From: a virus | Taxonomy: Duplodnaviria; Caudoviricetes | Length of the DNA stretch: 64,000 bases | IMG/VR virus record: IMGVR_UViG_2912829908_000001 | Coordinates: 3,164-67,163 of that record | Direction: 5' to 3' (one strand) | In this document: positions 55,559 through 64,000 of the stretch, one piece after another | Numbering within the stretch: position 1 is the stretch's first letter | Layout: each line of letters begins with the position of its first letter | Translations under genes and position numbers: made by a program | The notes under the pieces: model-generated | Databases searched by the model: none | What the model was told of the DNA's origin: nothing | What the model saw: only the letters and a program-made list of their open reading frames with translations

Positions 55559-58123
55559 ATGCCGAAATTTCCGTACAGAAAGGCCGGGGCAGCGTGGGAC
55601 CGTGTTTTCCGTAACGACCACAACCAAAACCTCGATGATATTGCGGACGATATTAAAGGATCGTATACGGATCTGGCCGCACATAAGAACGCGAAAACCG
55701 CCCACACGTCGGAGCAAATCGACCATGGCGGTTTTTCTTTGCGCACATATATCGACGGCCTGTATAACCGTATCAGAAATCTGATCCTTAATGCGGACGG
55801 AACAAACGTAAAAGAGGTCGTTGACGCTCGTGTGGATGCGGAAGGGAATATCGCACCTTTATTGAAGGAGCGGCTTGACAAAGAGTATAACAAGCTTTTA
55901 CGCAAAATTGAGCGCGATGTAAACGTTGATGACTACGGAGCCGATCCGACAGGCGTTAACGATAGTACAGAAGCGTTTAAAAAGGCGATCGGGAACGGTA
56001 AGGTGCGGCTAAATCTATCGGCAGGCACGTATATCGTTAAAGGCATCAAGTTGCCATCATGGACGTATTTGATCGGCCAAGGTATGGGCGTTACTACGTT
56101 GAAGCTACACGAAGACACGCCGGCGAGCGAGTGGGTCATCATTAACGCGGACCCAGCGTCCGGCAACCGGAATATCGTAGTCCAAGGGATGTCCCTCGAC
56201 TGGAATCCGGATCGTCAAGGCGGCGTGAGTTCAACCGGGGGCATTCATTCAAGCTGCTTAACTTTTGCGCAAGTGAAGTTCGGTATCATCCGGGAGGTCG
56301 AAGGTATTAATCCGGGGCTCCATTGTTTCGACATATCGGCGCCTACCTACGATATTACTGCGAAGGATTATACCGCAACAGGTAGTAAGTACGTCTGGAT
56401 CGATCGGTGCGTCGGCTATGGATACGGTGATGACGGGATCACTACGCACTACAGCGAATATATCTTCATCACCAATAACGTAATGACAAATCCGCGCGGC
56501 ACAGCCCACCGTAAGGGTGCCGCCAATTCGAACGGTATCGAGGTCGATGACGGATCTAAACACGTGTGGCTTCTCGATAACTACACTGAAGGTAACATTC
56601 GAGGCGTAGAGGTGAAGGCACATACGGAGTGGCCGGCGCCGTGTAATGTCCATATTCGCGGACACGAATCTTTTCGGGATGTACGTTCATTCGACTTGCG
56701 ACATATCGGACACCACTTGGCAACTGATCCGTGGAGCGAGACGGCGAGGGACGTAACGCTGATCGACTGCACTTCACGAGAGCCGATATACAATTCGCTG
56801 TATGAAGGGCTGGAGCCGAAAGCTTTAGTCGTCTCGGCATACCAACGCGTAAAGATAATCGGTTTTACTGCGATCGGTGATCCTACGTATGACTACAAAG
56901 GGAAATCGGTGATTGCCTTTCAATACAAAAGCCGGAAGATAAACGTATCCGGTCTGCAAATTTCCGGTTTTAAAAAGGCCGGCTGTGATCTCTATATTAC
57001 CGGAGGCGATCAGCGGACGGATGACGTCTTCATTTCCAATTTCGTTATCCATGATTCAGCGCAGAATGGCATCGAGATCGGAGGAGGAGTATATAACGTA
57101 AACTTGGAAAACGGTATTCTTCACGTAGCAAGCGGTACGGCCGGCATCACATCGCCGAATACGCAAACAAATATCTTAATGGTCCGAGCGTATGGTTACG
57201 AGAGTGCGGCAGTCCTCGGGGGCCAGAAACATAAGGTCGTCCCGAACAACGTTAAAGGCGGTTTCCGCGCTGCTTCTACATCGGGTCACGTTTTAGACAA
57301 AACAAGCGCAGTCATTGCGACCACGGGCGGATGTATAACGAAAGGACCTAGAAACGTCGTTTTAGGCGCCAGTGGTGGCTCATCCACAACAGCTTCGCGT
57401 CAAGCGGTTATAGCGTCAAACAATTCACATACAAAAGGTGACGGGCCGTCGAGGGTCGTACTCGCTGCCAACGGGGTTATCAATGATAACGGATACAGCG
57501 TAAGAGGGGGCTACGGAAGCGGAAGCGCCTCGACCGGAAATACGAAATGGGAACTCGATTCAACTGGCGGACATATTCGTGGTACAGGGCGGGTAGAAAG
57601 CGTCTCAGATTTCAAAGACTTCGCGGAGTATTTCGAATCTGCTGACGGTCAGAAAATTGATTCTAGCTATCTCGTCGCGTTAGAAGGCGAAAAGATACGC
57701 AAAGCAGGCGAAGGAGATAAGATTCTCGGAGTTGTTTCGGAAACGGCCGGATTGGTGCTCGGAGGCGCGGCGTTCTATTGGAACGATCAGTTCGAAAGAA
57801 ACGAATTCGGCGGCTTGGTTTACGAAACGGTTATCGATGGCGGCGAAGAGTTAAGCGTTCCAAAATTAAACCCCGACTATGATCCGACTCTCGAATATGT
57901 GCCGCGCGACTCTCGTGACGAATGGCATGTCATCGGACTAATCGGTCAAGTCTTCGTTAGAATTGACGAAACAGTGGCCGTAGGAGATAGCGTATCAGCA
58001 ATCGAAGGCATTGCAACCAAGGCGGAAAGCAGCGGCTATGGGACCGTTATGAAAATCAAATCTCCGTATGACACGGAAAAAGGCTACGGTGTAGCGCAAA
58101 TGATCGTTACGCCGCAGCACTAA
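55559..58123 (+). CDS. beta-helical tail spike with peptidase G2 autocleaving chaperone (phi29 gp12-like)
   Basis: NVDDYGADPTG..DST.AF, beta-helix, DFAEYFES. Confidence 0.85.
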   Translation: MPKFPYRKAGAAWDRVFRNDHNQNLDDIADDIKGSYTDLAAHKNAKTAHTSEQIDHGGFSLRTYIDGLYNRIRNLILNADGTNVKEVVDARVDAEGNIAPLLKERLDKEYNKLLRKIERDVNVDDYGADPTGVNDSTEAFKKAIGNGKVRLNLSAGTYIVKGIKLPSWTYLIGQGMGVTTLKLHEDTPASEWVIINADPASGNRNIVVQGMSLDWNPDRQGGVSSTGGIHSSCLTFAQVKFGIIREVEGINPGLHCFDISAPTYDITAKDYTATGSKYVWIDRCVGYGYGDDGITTHYSEYIFITNNVMTNPRGTAHRKGAANSNGIEVDDGSKHVWLLDNYTEGNIRGVEVKAHTEWPAPCNVHIRGHESFRDVRSFDLRHIGHHLATDPWSETARDVTLIDCTSREPIYNSLYEGLEPKALVVSAYQRVKIIGFTAIGDPTYDYKGKSVIAFQYKSRKINVSGLQISGFKKAGCDLYITGGDQRTDDVFISNFVIHDSAQNGIEIGGGVYNVNLENGILHVASGTAGITSPNTQTNILMVRAYGYESAAVLGGQKHKVVPNNVKGGFRAASTSGHVLDKTSAVIATTGGCITKGPRNVVLGASGGSSTTASRQAVIASNNSHTKGDGPSRVVLAANGVINDNGYSVRGGYGSGSASTGNTKWELDSTGGHIRGTGRVESVSDFKDFAEYFESADGQKIDSSYLVALEGEKIRKAGEGDKILGVVSETAGLVLGGAAFYWNDQFERNEFGGLVYETVIDGGEELSVPKLNPDYDPTLEYVPRDSRDEWHVIGLIGQVFVRIDETVAVGDSVSAIEGIATKAESSGYGTVMKIKSPYDTEKGYGVAQMIVTPQH

Positions 58124-58135
58124 GGAGGTTTTGCA

Positions 58136-59719
58136 GTGATATACAATAACGCACCACTTGCGTTTGAGGTGACGAGCCGGACAAAAACGAATATAAAAAC
58201 CGCAATACAGTTCAGCACGCAAGACATCGATACGGCGCGTTTAATCTTCTCGTTAACAAAGGACGGCGTCCCGTTGCCGTTGTCCGCCGTTACCGGGAAG
58301 CTCGTCATGCTTATGGCGGACGGCAGCCGGTTCATAAGAAGCGTAGAGATTACGGATAAAGTCGAAGGTGTTGCGCAGTATGTTCTGTCAGCCGAAGAGA
58401 TCCGACACAGTGGCGATGTACAAGCGGAACTTTACCTGTATTACGCGAATAAGCAGGCGCTTTCCATCCATAAGTTTTCGTTTACCATCGACAAGGCGCT
58501 GATTGATACGGATATCGTACCGTTGGCGGAATACTACGTGGATGACTTCGAAGCGTTGCGCCAACAAATCAACGATTTATACGACGAAGTGGTCGAAACA
58601 GTCGAAGAGCTGCGCAAGAAATTCGAAGACCTCGAAAATATCGAAACGAAAGAAGGAGCGCAAGCAAAAGCGGATGCTGCGGAAAAGAATGCGAAGTCTT
58701 ATACGGACACTCATACGAAAAGAACAGACAATCCGCATGGCGTAACGAAATCGCAAATCGGTTTAGGAAACGTTGAGAATGTGAAGCAGGAGACGCCGGA
58801 CGGTGCGCAGGCAAAAGCCGACAAGGCCTTAACGGACAGCAAAGCGTACACGGACGAACATATGGCCCGGACTGACAACCCGCATTCAGTGACGAAAGAC
58901 CAGATCGGACTTAGTAACGTCGACAACGTTAAGCAGGCGCCCCTCGACCAATTCCGGGCCCATGATTCCAATAGCATCCGTCACACGTCGCAGGTTGAGA
59001 AGGACAAGTGGAACGGATCGCAGTTGTTTAAATTGACGCAGGATACTGGTGCGGCACAGTATATGACAGGCATCGATTTTAATGCGGTTACAGATACCGG
59101 CTTCTATTATATGAGCGGCGCAACGACGGCATTGAATGCACCGGTAAATAACAACGGATATCTTCTCGTTCATAACTACAGCACGTACGCGTATCAGGAA
59201 TACACGTCTTATAGTAGCAATGATTCGACGTCATCGGGCCGGCGGAAATTTATGCGTAATAAGGCCGCGAGCTCGGATTCATGGACGTCGTGGCGCGAGC
59301 TTGAATCGGTAGAAGGGGCGCAATCAAAGGTGGATGCTCACGCAAACAAAACGGACATTCACGTCGTACAGGCGGATAAAGATAAGTGGAATAGTCCGTG
59401 GGCCGCAACGTGGAATAACGTTACTTTGATTAATGGAGCGCAGCAAAACGCCAGCTATCCGTTCAAGTTTTCCGTTGCGAATAACGAAATTAAACTGCGA
59501 GGCACGTTCGGCTCACTGCCGGCCGCCGGTACGACGGTAGCGAAATTCACGTATAAGCCGACGCAGCTCGTAGATTTCGTCGTTCCTACGATCGGCTCTT
59601 ACGGTACGGCGCGGTTTGCATTTACGACGGATGGCGAATTACGATTCGATGGCCTTTCAGCAACCGACTCGGCGAGCGTTACGCGTGTGTCCTTTAATAT
59701 CGGTATCCCATTATGGTAA
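58136..59719 (+). CDS. BppU-family baseplate/receptor-binding protein
   Basis: FSTQDIDTARLIF N-terminus, two H..RTDNPH.VTK.QIGL.NV.NV repeats. Confidence 0.8.
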   Translation: MIYNNAPLAFEVTSRTKTNIKTAIQFSTQDIDTARLIFSLTKDGVPLPLSAVTGKLVMLMADGSRFIRSVEITDKVEGVAQYVLSAEEIRHSGDVQAELYLYYANKQALSIHKFSFTIDKALIDTDIVPLAEYYVDDFEALRQQINDLYDEVVETVEELRKKFEDLENIETKEGAQAKADAAEKNAKSYTDTHTKRTDNPHGVTKSQIGLGNVENVKQETPDGAQAKADKALTDSKAYTDEHMARTDNPHSVTKDQIGLSNVDNVKQAPLDQFRAHDSNSIRHTSQVEKDKWNGSQLFKLTQDTGAAQYMTGIDFNAVTDTGFYYMSGATTALNAPVNNNGYLLVHNYSTYAYQEYTSYSSNDSTSSGRRKFMRNKAASSDSWTSWRELESVEGAQSKVDAHANKTDIHVVQADKDKWNSPWAATWNNVTLINGAQQNASYPFKFSVANNEIKLRGTFGSLPAAGTTVAKFTYKPTQLVDFVVPTIGSYGTARFAFTTDGELRFDGLSATDSASVTRVSFNIGIPLW

Positions 59720-59733
59720 AGGAGGAAATCAGA

Positions 59734-60003
59734 ATGCACGTTTTATACTACGACAAAAATTTCGACTATGCCGGCGAAGAAGATATCGATGTAGAAGTGC
59801 TGCCGCCAAACAGTACGGACGTATTGCCTGATCCGTCGATTATCTCACCGCGATTCGATAAGAAGAAAAACGTATGGGTCGAGGCGGCGACGGAGGAATA
59901 CAAAGAGAGCATTAAGCCCGATCCGCCGGCTCCGAATGAAATCGAGAATCTTCAAAAGCAGATAGCGGATTTATATTATCTTATCGCGACAGGAGGAAAC
60001 TAA
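59734..60003 (+). CDS. small tail-associated protein
   Basis: RBS AAAGGAGG; position. Confidence 0.65.
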   Translation: MHVLYYDKNFDYAGEEDIDVEVLPPNSTDVLPDPSIISPRFDKKKNVWVEAATEEYKESIKPDPPAPNEIENLQKQIADLYYLIATGGN

Positions 60004-60192
60004 ATGACTTGGTATCTCCGTATCAAAAATCTTTACGACGCCGGCCTCTGGACGAAAAAGCAAGTTCACGATACTGTCGGAGCTGGCCGGATAACACCGG
60101 AAGAATACGAAAAAATCACCGGGGATGTTTACGATCCAAACAAGCCTCCTATCGAAGAACCTTCGGAAGAAACAGGCGGACAGGGGGCGTAG
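60004..60192 (+). CDS. XkdX-family protein
   Basis: IKNLYDAGLWTK.QV...V..G.IT.EEY..ITG. Confidence 0.8.
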   Translation: MTWYLRIKNLYDAGLWTKKQVHDTVGAGRITPEEYEKITGDVYDPNKPPIEEPSEETGGQGA

Positions 60193-60195
60193 TTA

Positions 60196-60405
60196 TTGAG
60201 CGGCGGCGAATTAGACGTACTCAAATATTTTTTAACGCAGGGGCCGTTCGCGGTCCTTTTTACGTGGCTGCTGATTTACGTAATGAAATCGAACCGTGAG
60301 CGTGAATCGCGGCTACAAGATCTACTCGATAAATTTAGCGATAAGTACGACGTCATCATCGATAAGATCGATAGACTCGAAGAGAAATTCCGCGGAAGAG
60401 AATAA
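60196..60405 (+). CDS. bhlA: BhlA/UviB-family holin-like protein
   Basis: TQGPFAVLF.WLL.YV.K.N.ERE.RL. Confidence 0.85.
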   Translation: MSGGELDVLKYFLTQGPFAVLFTWLLIYVMKSNRERESRLQDLLDKFSDKYDVIIDKIDRLEEKFRGRE

Positions 60406-60486
60406 CCGAATAAACGCAACACGCCCGTCAGGTGAGAGTCCCGGCGGGCTTTTTTAATGCAAAAAAAACGAAAAGGGGACGATTTA

Positions 60487-61425
60487 ATGGCGATTTCAGT
60501 ACGTAAGAATCTCGTTTCATCCGGAGATTACGATTTAAAGTGTCCATATTCAATGGATGCGAAGTACATCACGTTCCATAATACGGCCAACGATGCTTCG
60601 GCTGATGCGGAGATCCGGTATATGATCGGCAATACAAGTTCAACGAGTTATCATTTCGCGGTAGACGACAAAGAGGTTGTTCAAGGCATCCCGACAGACC
60701 ATAACGCTTTTCACTGCGGAGACGGAAGTGGCCCTAACTCTGGAAACCGGACGTCTATTGGCGTCGAGGTATGCTACTCGAAATCAGGCGGCGCTAAGTA
60801 CAAAGCGGCCGAAAAACTTGCGATTAAATTCATTGCGCAATTGCTGAAGGAGCGCGGATGGGGCGTTGACCGTGTTCGTAAGCACCAAGACTGGTCCGGC
60901 AAATATTGCCCACATCGCGTGTTAGCGGAAGGCCGTTGGGAATCCGTAAAAGCGGCAATCGCTGCGGAACTCAAAGCACTCGGCGGCAAGTCTTCCGCAA
61001 GCAAGCCGGCCAAGACGTCCGGGTCGACATACACCGTTAAGAAAGGCGACACTTTGTCCGAAATTGCGGTGAAAACAGGCGTCAGTATGGCGAAGTTACA
61101 AGCATACAATGGCATTAAGAACGCGAATAAGATTTCGGTCGGCCAAGTTCTAAAGTTGACGGGGGCGGGCGGTTCTTCTAAGCCGTCATCCAGCGGCAAA
61201 AAATACGTTTACCTTCCGGCGTCTGCCGACTCATGGCGCATCTATCCGACAAACAAAGCGCCGGTCAAAGGGAACGAATGCGGATTACTACGCCCTAAGA
61301 AATTCGGCGGCCTTAAATACGAAATTCTTGCGAATCCGCAGGCGGACGTGTACACGATCAAGACGGACCAGTTCGGAAAGGTAAATATCTATGCCGCGAA
61401 GTCCACAGGCGCAACAGTAAAATAA
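60487..61425 (+). CDS. endolysin: N-acetylmuramoyl-L-alanine amidase + LysM + C-terminal binding domain
   Basis: ITFHNTAN, SYHFAVDD, SIGVEVC, HQDWSGKYCP, YTVKKGDTLS. Confidence 0.92.
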   Translation: MAISVRKNLVSSGDYDLKCPYSMDAKYITFHNTANDASADAEIRYMIGNTSSTSYHFAVDDKEVVQGIPTDHNAFHCGDGSGPNSGNRTSIGVEVCYSKSGGAKYKAAEKLAIKFIAQLLKERGWGVDRVRKHQDWSGKYCPHRVLAEGRWESVKAAIAAELKALGGKSSASKPAKTSGSTYTVKKGDTLSEIAVKTGVSMAKLQAYNGIKNANKISVGQVLKLTGAGGSSKPSSSGKKYVYLPASADSWRIYPTNKAPVKGNECGLLRPKKFGGLKYEILANPQADVYTIKTDQFGKVNIYAAKSTGATVK

Positions 61426-61446
61426 ACGAAAAGGGAGACGATAATT

Positions 61447-61704
61447 ATGGAAGAAGTGTTAATTTTCGCGACTATCCTCGCGCCCATCTTAACGGCGCTT
61501 GTTCAGCTCGTTAAGAAAACGGTTAAGCTGCCGACAAATATTGTGCCGGTTCTCAGTTTCGTTATTGGTATCGGATTGGGCGCGATTGCCTATCCGTTTA
61601 CTGATCTCGACTTGGTGCTGCGTTTGTGGGCCGGCGGCTTTGCGGGTCTGGCAGCGACGGGTCTTTTCGAAATCGGAACAAAACGAGAGGGAACTACGAA
61701 ATAA
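61447..61704 (+). CDS. holin
   Basis: 85 aa, hydrophobic helices, GLAATGLFE. Confidence 0.8.
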   Translation: MEEVLIFATILAPILTALVQLVKKTVKLPTNIVPVLSFVIGIGLGAIAYPFTDLDLVLRLWAGGFAGLAATGLFEIGTKREGTTK

Positions 61705-61831
61705 AATAACGAAACCTTTTGCGGGCGCTTACGTATTCATACGTAGGTGCTCGCGCTACATAACGAACAGGTATTGCGGAAAAAGATGGTCGGATAGTAT
61801 AATTTAACTACGAATAGGGGAGGCGTGGAAT

Positions 61832-62197
61832 TTGGAGAAGATTACTGTTAAGGTGCTTATGTATTTGAGCATCATTTGTGTAGTAGCCGGAATTATTGCG
61901 GGGTTTGTAATATACGATAAGGATGTAGCAGAAGATGCGAAAACGAGTAAAAAGGTAAGCGAAGAACTATACGATAATTCTGTCGCTCAAGCGCAATATA
62001 AAACGGACAAAGCACTTGCGAACAGTATGCAGTCTTCCGTATTCTTTAGCGTCTTGGCCGGCGTAGTATCCGGCGCTGTTCTTTTCGGACTCGCGATTAT
62101 TATTCGAATCTTAGATGAAGCGAATAGTAGAGCGCATGAATCCGCGAGTGATCTACGATTAATAAAAAACGGTATTCGCGAACAAACTGCGAAATGA
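61832..62197 (+). CDS. two-TM membrane protein (moron)
   Basis: own promoter TTGCGG-18-TATAAT (61774-61803), RBS GGGAGG. Confidence 0.75.
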   Translation: MEKITVKVLMYLSIICVVAGIIAGFVIYDKDVAEDAKTSKKVSEELYDNSVAQAQYKTDKALANSMQSSVFFSVLAGVVSGAVLFGLAIIIRILDEANSRAHESASDLRLIKNGIREQTAK

Positions 62198-62211
62198 TAA
62201 ACGCCCCGTCC

Positions 62212-62547
62212 TTAGCCGGATGGGGCGTTTTTTACGTTTATGATATCCGCAAACCTCACGAAATTGGTATCGCCTTTGGCGTCCTTCACACGAAATTCCT
62301 TCCGTATGTGGTCCACGTAATGAACTGCGCCGATTACTTCACGTATGTATCCGTCGTCGTAAATCTCAAACGACAAATCTGCGCCTACTTCCATCGATTG
62401 CGCGACCGTCAATTCCATATCCTCGATCTGCTGCGCGTCCAGTTGCGGCTTCTCTACTTTAAGCTTAGCCTCAGCCAGTCGCTGAAACCCTTCGCGTAAT
62501 TCCGGCAAGATAAAACTCGAAGCCCACAGTTTGTTATCGCTAGTCAT
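62212..62547 (-). CDS. YolD-like protein
   Basis: KLW.S.F.LPELRE...KPQLD.QQ.E; LexA box upstream. Confidence 0.8.
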   Translation of the reverse strand: MTSDNKLWASSFILPELREGFQRLAEAKLKVEKPQLDAQQIEDMELTVAQSMEVGADLSFEIYDDGYIREVIGAVHYVDHIRKEFRVKDAKGDTNFVRFADIINVKNAPSG

Positions 62548-62574
62548 GCCGAACACCTCCGGCTTTATTATATG

Positions 62575-62588
62575 CGAATGTGTGTTCG
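62575..62588. promoter_or_regulatory. LexA box upstream of the YolD-like gene
   Basis: CGAATGTGTGTTCG. Confidence 0.75.
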
Positions 62589-62606
62589 GTTATCAATCGG
62601 AAATAA

Positions 62607-62852
62607 TTAACTTTCCTCGTTTTTGCCGAAGATCTCATCGCCTGCAACATCGGTATCCGACGGTAGATCCTTTTCGTACTTGCGGATTAAGTCGTAAATA
62701 AGATCTCGCAATTTGTTTACGTTGTGAGGAAGATCCCCGTCTCCTCGTGAAGAATTCCCGTTTAAACCATAAATGCGTCCATTCTCCATATTTTGAAGGA
62801 TGTATTCAATCTCAAGCAGCTCACCCTCGTAGTAACACTTTGGTCTTTTCAT
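62607..62852 (-). CDS. hypothetical protein
   Basis: RBS GGGAGG. Confidence 0.65.
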   Translation of the reverse strand: MKRPKCYYEGELLEIEYILQNMENGRIYGLNGNSSRGDGDLPHNVNKLRDLIYDLIRKYEKDLPSDTDVAGDEIFGKNEES

Positions 62853-62876
62853 GAGGCACTCACCTCCCTTCCTTAA

Positions 62877-63083
62877 TTAATCACGAAACTCAAACAATTC
62901 GTTCATATCTGTAATACCGAGAACTTTCGCAATACGACCGATATGCTCACGATTATAAGTTGTGCGTTGGTGGTTACATATTTCGCTAATAATGTTCGGT
63001 CTAAGTTCCGTTTCTTCTGCGAGTCTTTTGCGAGTCCATCCACGCGCGTCTAATATTTCGTCCAATTTAACGTAGAGTTCCAA
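62877..63083 (-). CDS. XRE-family HTH regulator
   Basis: GWTRKRLAEETELRPNIISEI. Confidence 0.85.
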   Translation of the reverse strand: MELYVKLDEILDARGWTRKRLAEETELRPNIISEICNHQRTTYNREHIGRIAKVLGITDMNELFEFRD

Positions 63084-63214
63084 TCGAATCGCCTCCGTTT
63101 TCTGTTAATTTGATTATAACGAAATATCGCTATCGTGTAAATAAAAATATTGACATACCGATATATCTGTATTTATAATCAACAATAACGATATAGCGAT
63201 ATGGAGGTAGTGTT

Positions 63215-64000
63215 ATGCATTACTTAGCAGAGCATCAGACGTTTGATTCAACGGCTGCCCTTAACGCGGCAGTCTACGAACACATCAAGCGAAATACATA
63301 CGACTTGAACGACACCGACCGCCAAGCGCTGAAGAAGATCGCCCGGTATGCGGTTAAGTTCAGCGGGGCGGCGCACCTGAAGGCGGAAACGCTGGCGGAC
63401 CTCATCGGCAAGTCCGTCAAGACTGCGCGTCGGGCTCTGAATAAATTGGCGACGCTCGGCATCGTTAAGAAAATCGCAACAACACGGAAGATAAATGGAG
63501 GGAAGGGCGCGAATATAATCGTGATCCTGCCGGTAGATGACCAGTCGACAATGTCCAATCGCGGACAGGCCGAAAAGCCAACGGAGACAACGGCCGCGGC
63601 ACCGAAAACGGAAAACGAACCATCGGATTCTATTAAGCGTTCTAAAAACAAAAATAACGTATTAGATACGGCAACTGTACCGGCTGAAGCGTTAAAAGGC
63701 GCATTGCCTGACGAAATGTTTAACGCGATGGCTCGCTACTTTGACGCAGAGGATATTTATAAATACTACGGAATTTTACTTCGCGCTAAGGCAAGCGTAG
63801 ACAGAACGATCAGACTCGAAGAACATGCGGCGCCTTTCGTAGAAGCGTGGCACGCAACGATTATGAAAGCGAAATCGCACGAAATTAGACGTTTCGACGA
63901 TTATCTATACGCAGGGTTCAGGAAGGCGGCTTGGACGGTTAAGGCGCGGTTAAATCGTGGCGGATCGCTTATGGATCGTTTCAGGCAGGAGTTTGAATAA
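63215..64000 (+). CDS. winged-HTH (Rep-like) DNA-binding protein
   Basis: LKAETLADLIGKSVKTARRALNKL; promoter TTGACA-18-TATAAT 63150-63179. Confidence 0.75.
   Translation: MHYLAEHQTFDSTAALNAAVYEHIKRNTYDLNDTDRQALKKIARYAVKFSGAAHLKAETLADLIGKSVKTARRALNKLATLGIVKKIATTRKINGGKGANIIVILPVDDQSTMSNRGQAEKPTETTAAAPKTENEPSDSIKRSKNKNNVLDTATVPAEALKGALPDEMFNAMARYFDAEDIYKYYGILLRAKASVDRTIRLEEHAAPFVEAWHATIMKAKSHEIRRFDDYLYAGFRKAAWTVKARLNRGGSLMDRFRQEFE

Noticed and set aside
1-64000. tRNA/rRNA genes, IS elements, att sites, and the many short antisense ORFs in the track
   Set aside because: No cloverleaf, rRNA, transposase or att duplication was recognised by eye; the antisense ORFs are shadows of well-supported genes.

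Overview
The whole window is one temperate Bacillus (subtilis/amyloliquefaciens-type) siphophage or prophage. No host housekeeping genes are visible, and the element probably runs past both edges. Gene order: LexA-boxed replication block (DnaC-like loader, DnaB helicase, primase); two HTH regulators; an arbitrium locus (aimR, plus an aimP missed by the ORF track, predicted peptide EIKVGG); a sigma-like gene; SSB, PolA, nucleases and a RuvC-like resolvase; nucleotide metabolism (nrdI, nrdE split by a group I intron carrying a GIY-YIG ORF, free-standing HNH-AP2, nrdF, dut, thyX, dNMP kinase); an orphan adenine MTase and late regulators; an accessory block (about 31.1-36.9 kb); packaging, head, tail and lysis genes; YolD-like and HTH genes. 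The most striking item is an unannotated 23-aa mini-gene at 31186-31257 (MGMPRGASPLESIIRGAGPVRGA). It has its own sigmaA promoter, strong RBS and terminator, and it strings together three SPbeta-family arbitrium-like hexapeptides (GMPRGA, SIIRGA, GPVRGA) with no signal peptide, although this phage's own signal is of a different type. It is a candidate intracellular device for spoofing the signals of competing SPbeta-like phages. All product calls come from motif reading and recall; no database search was run.
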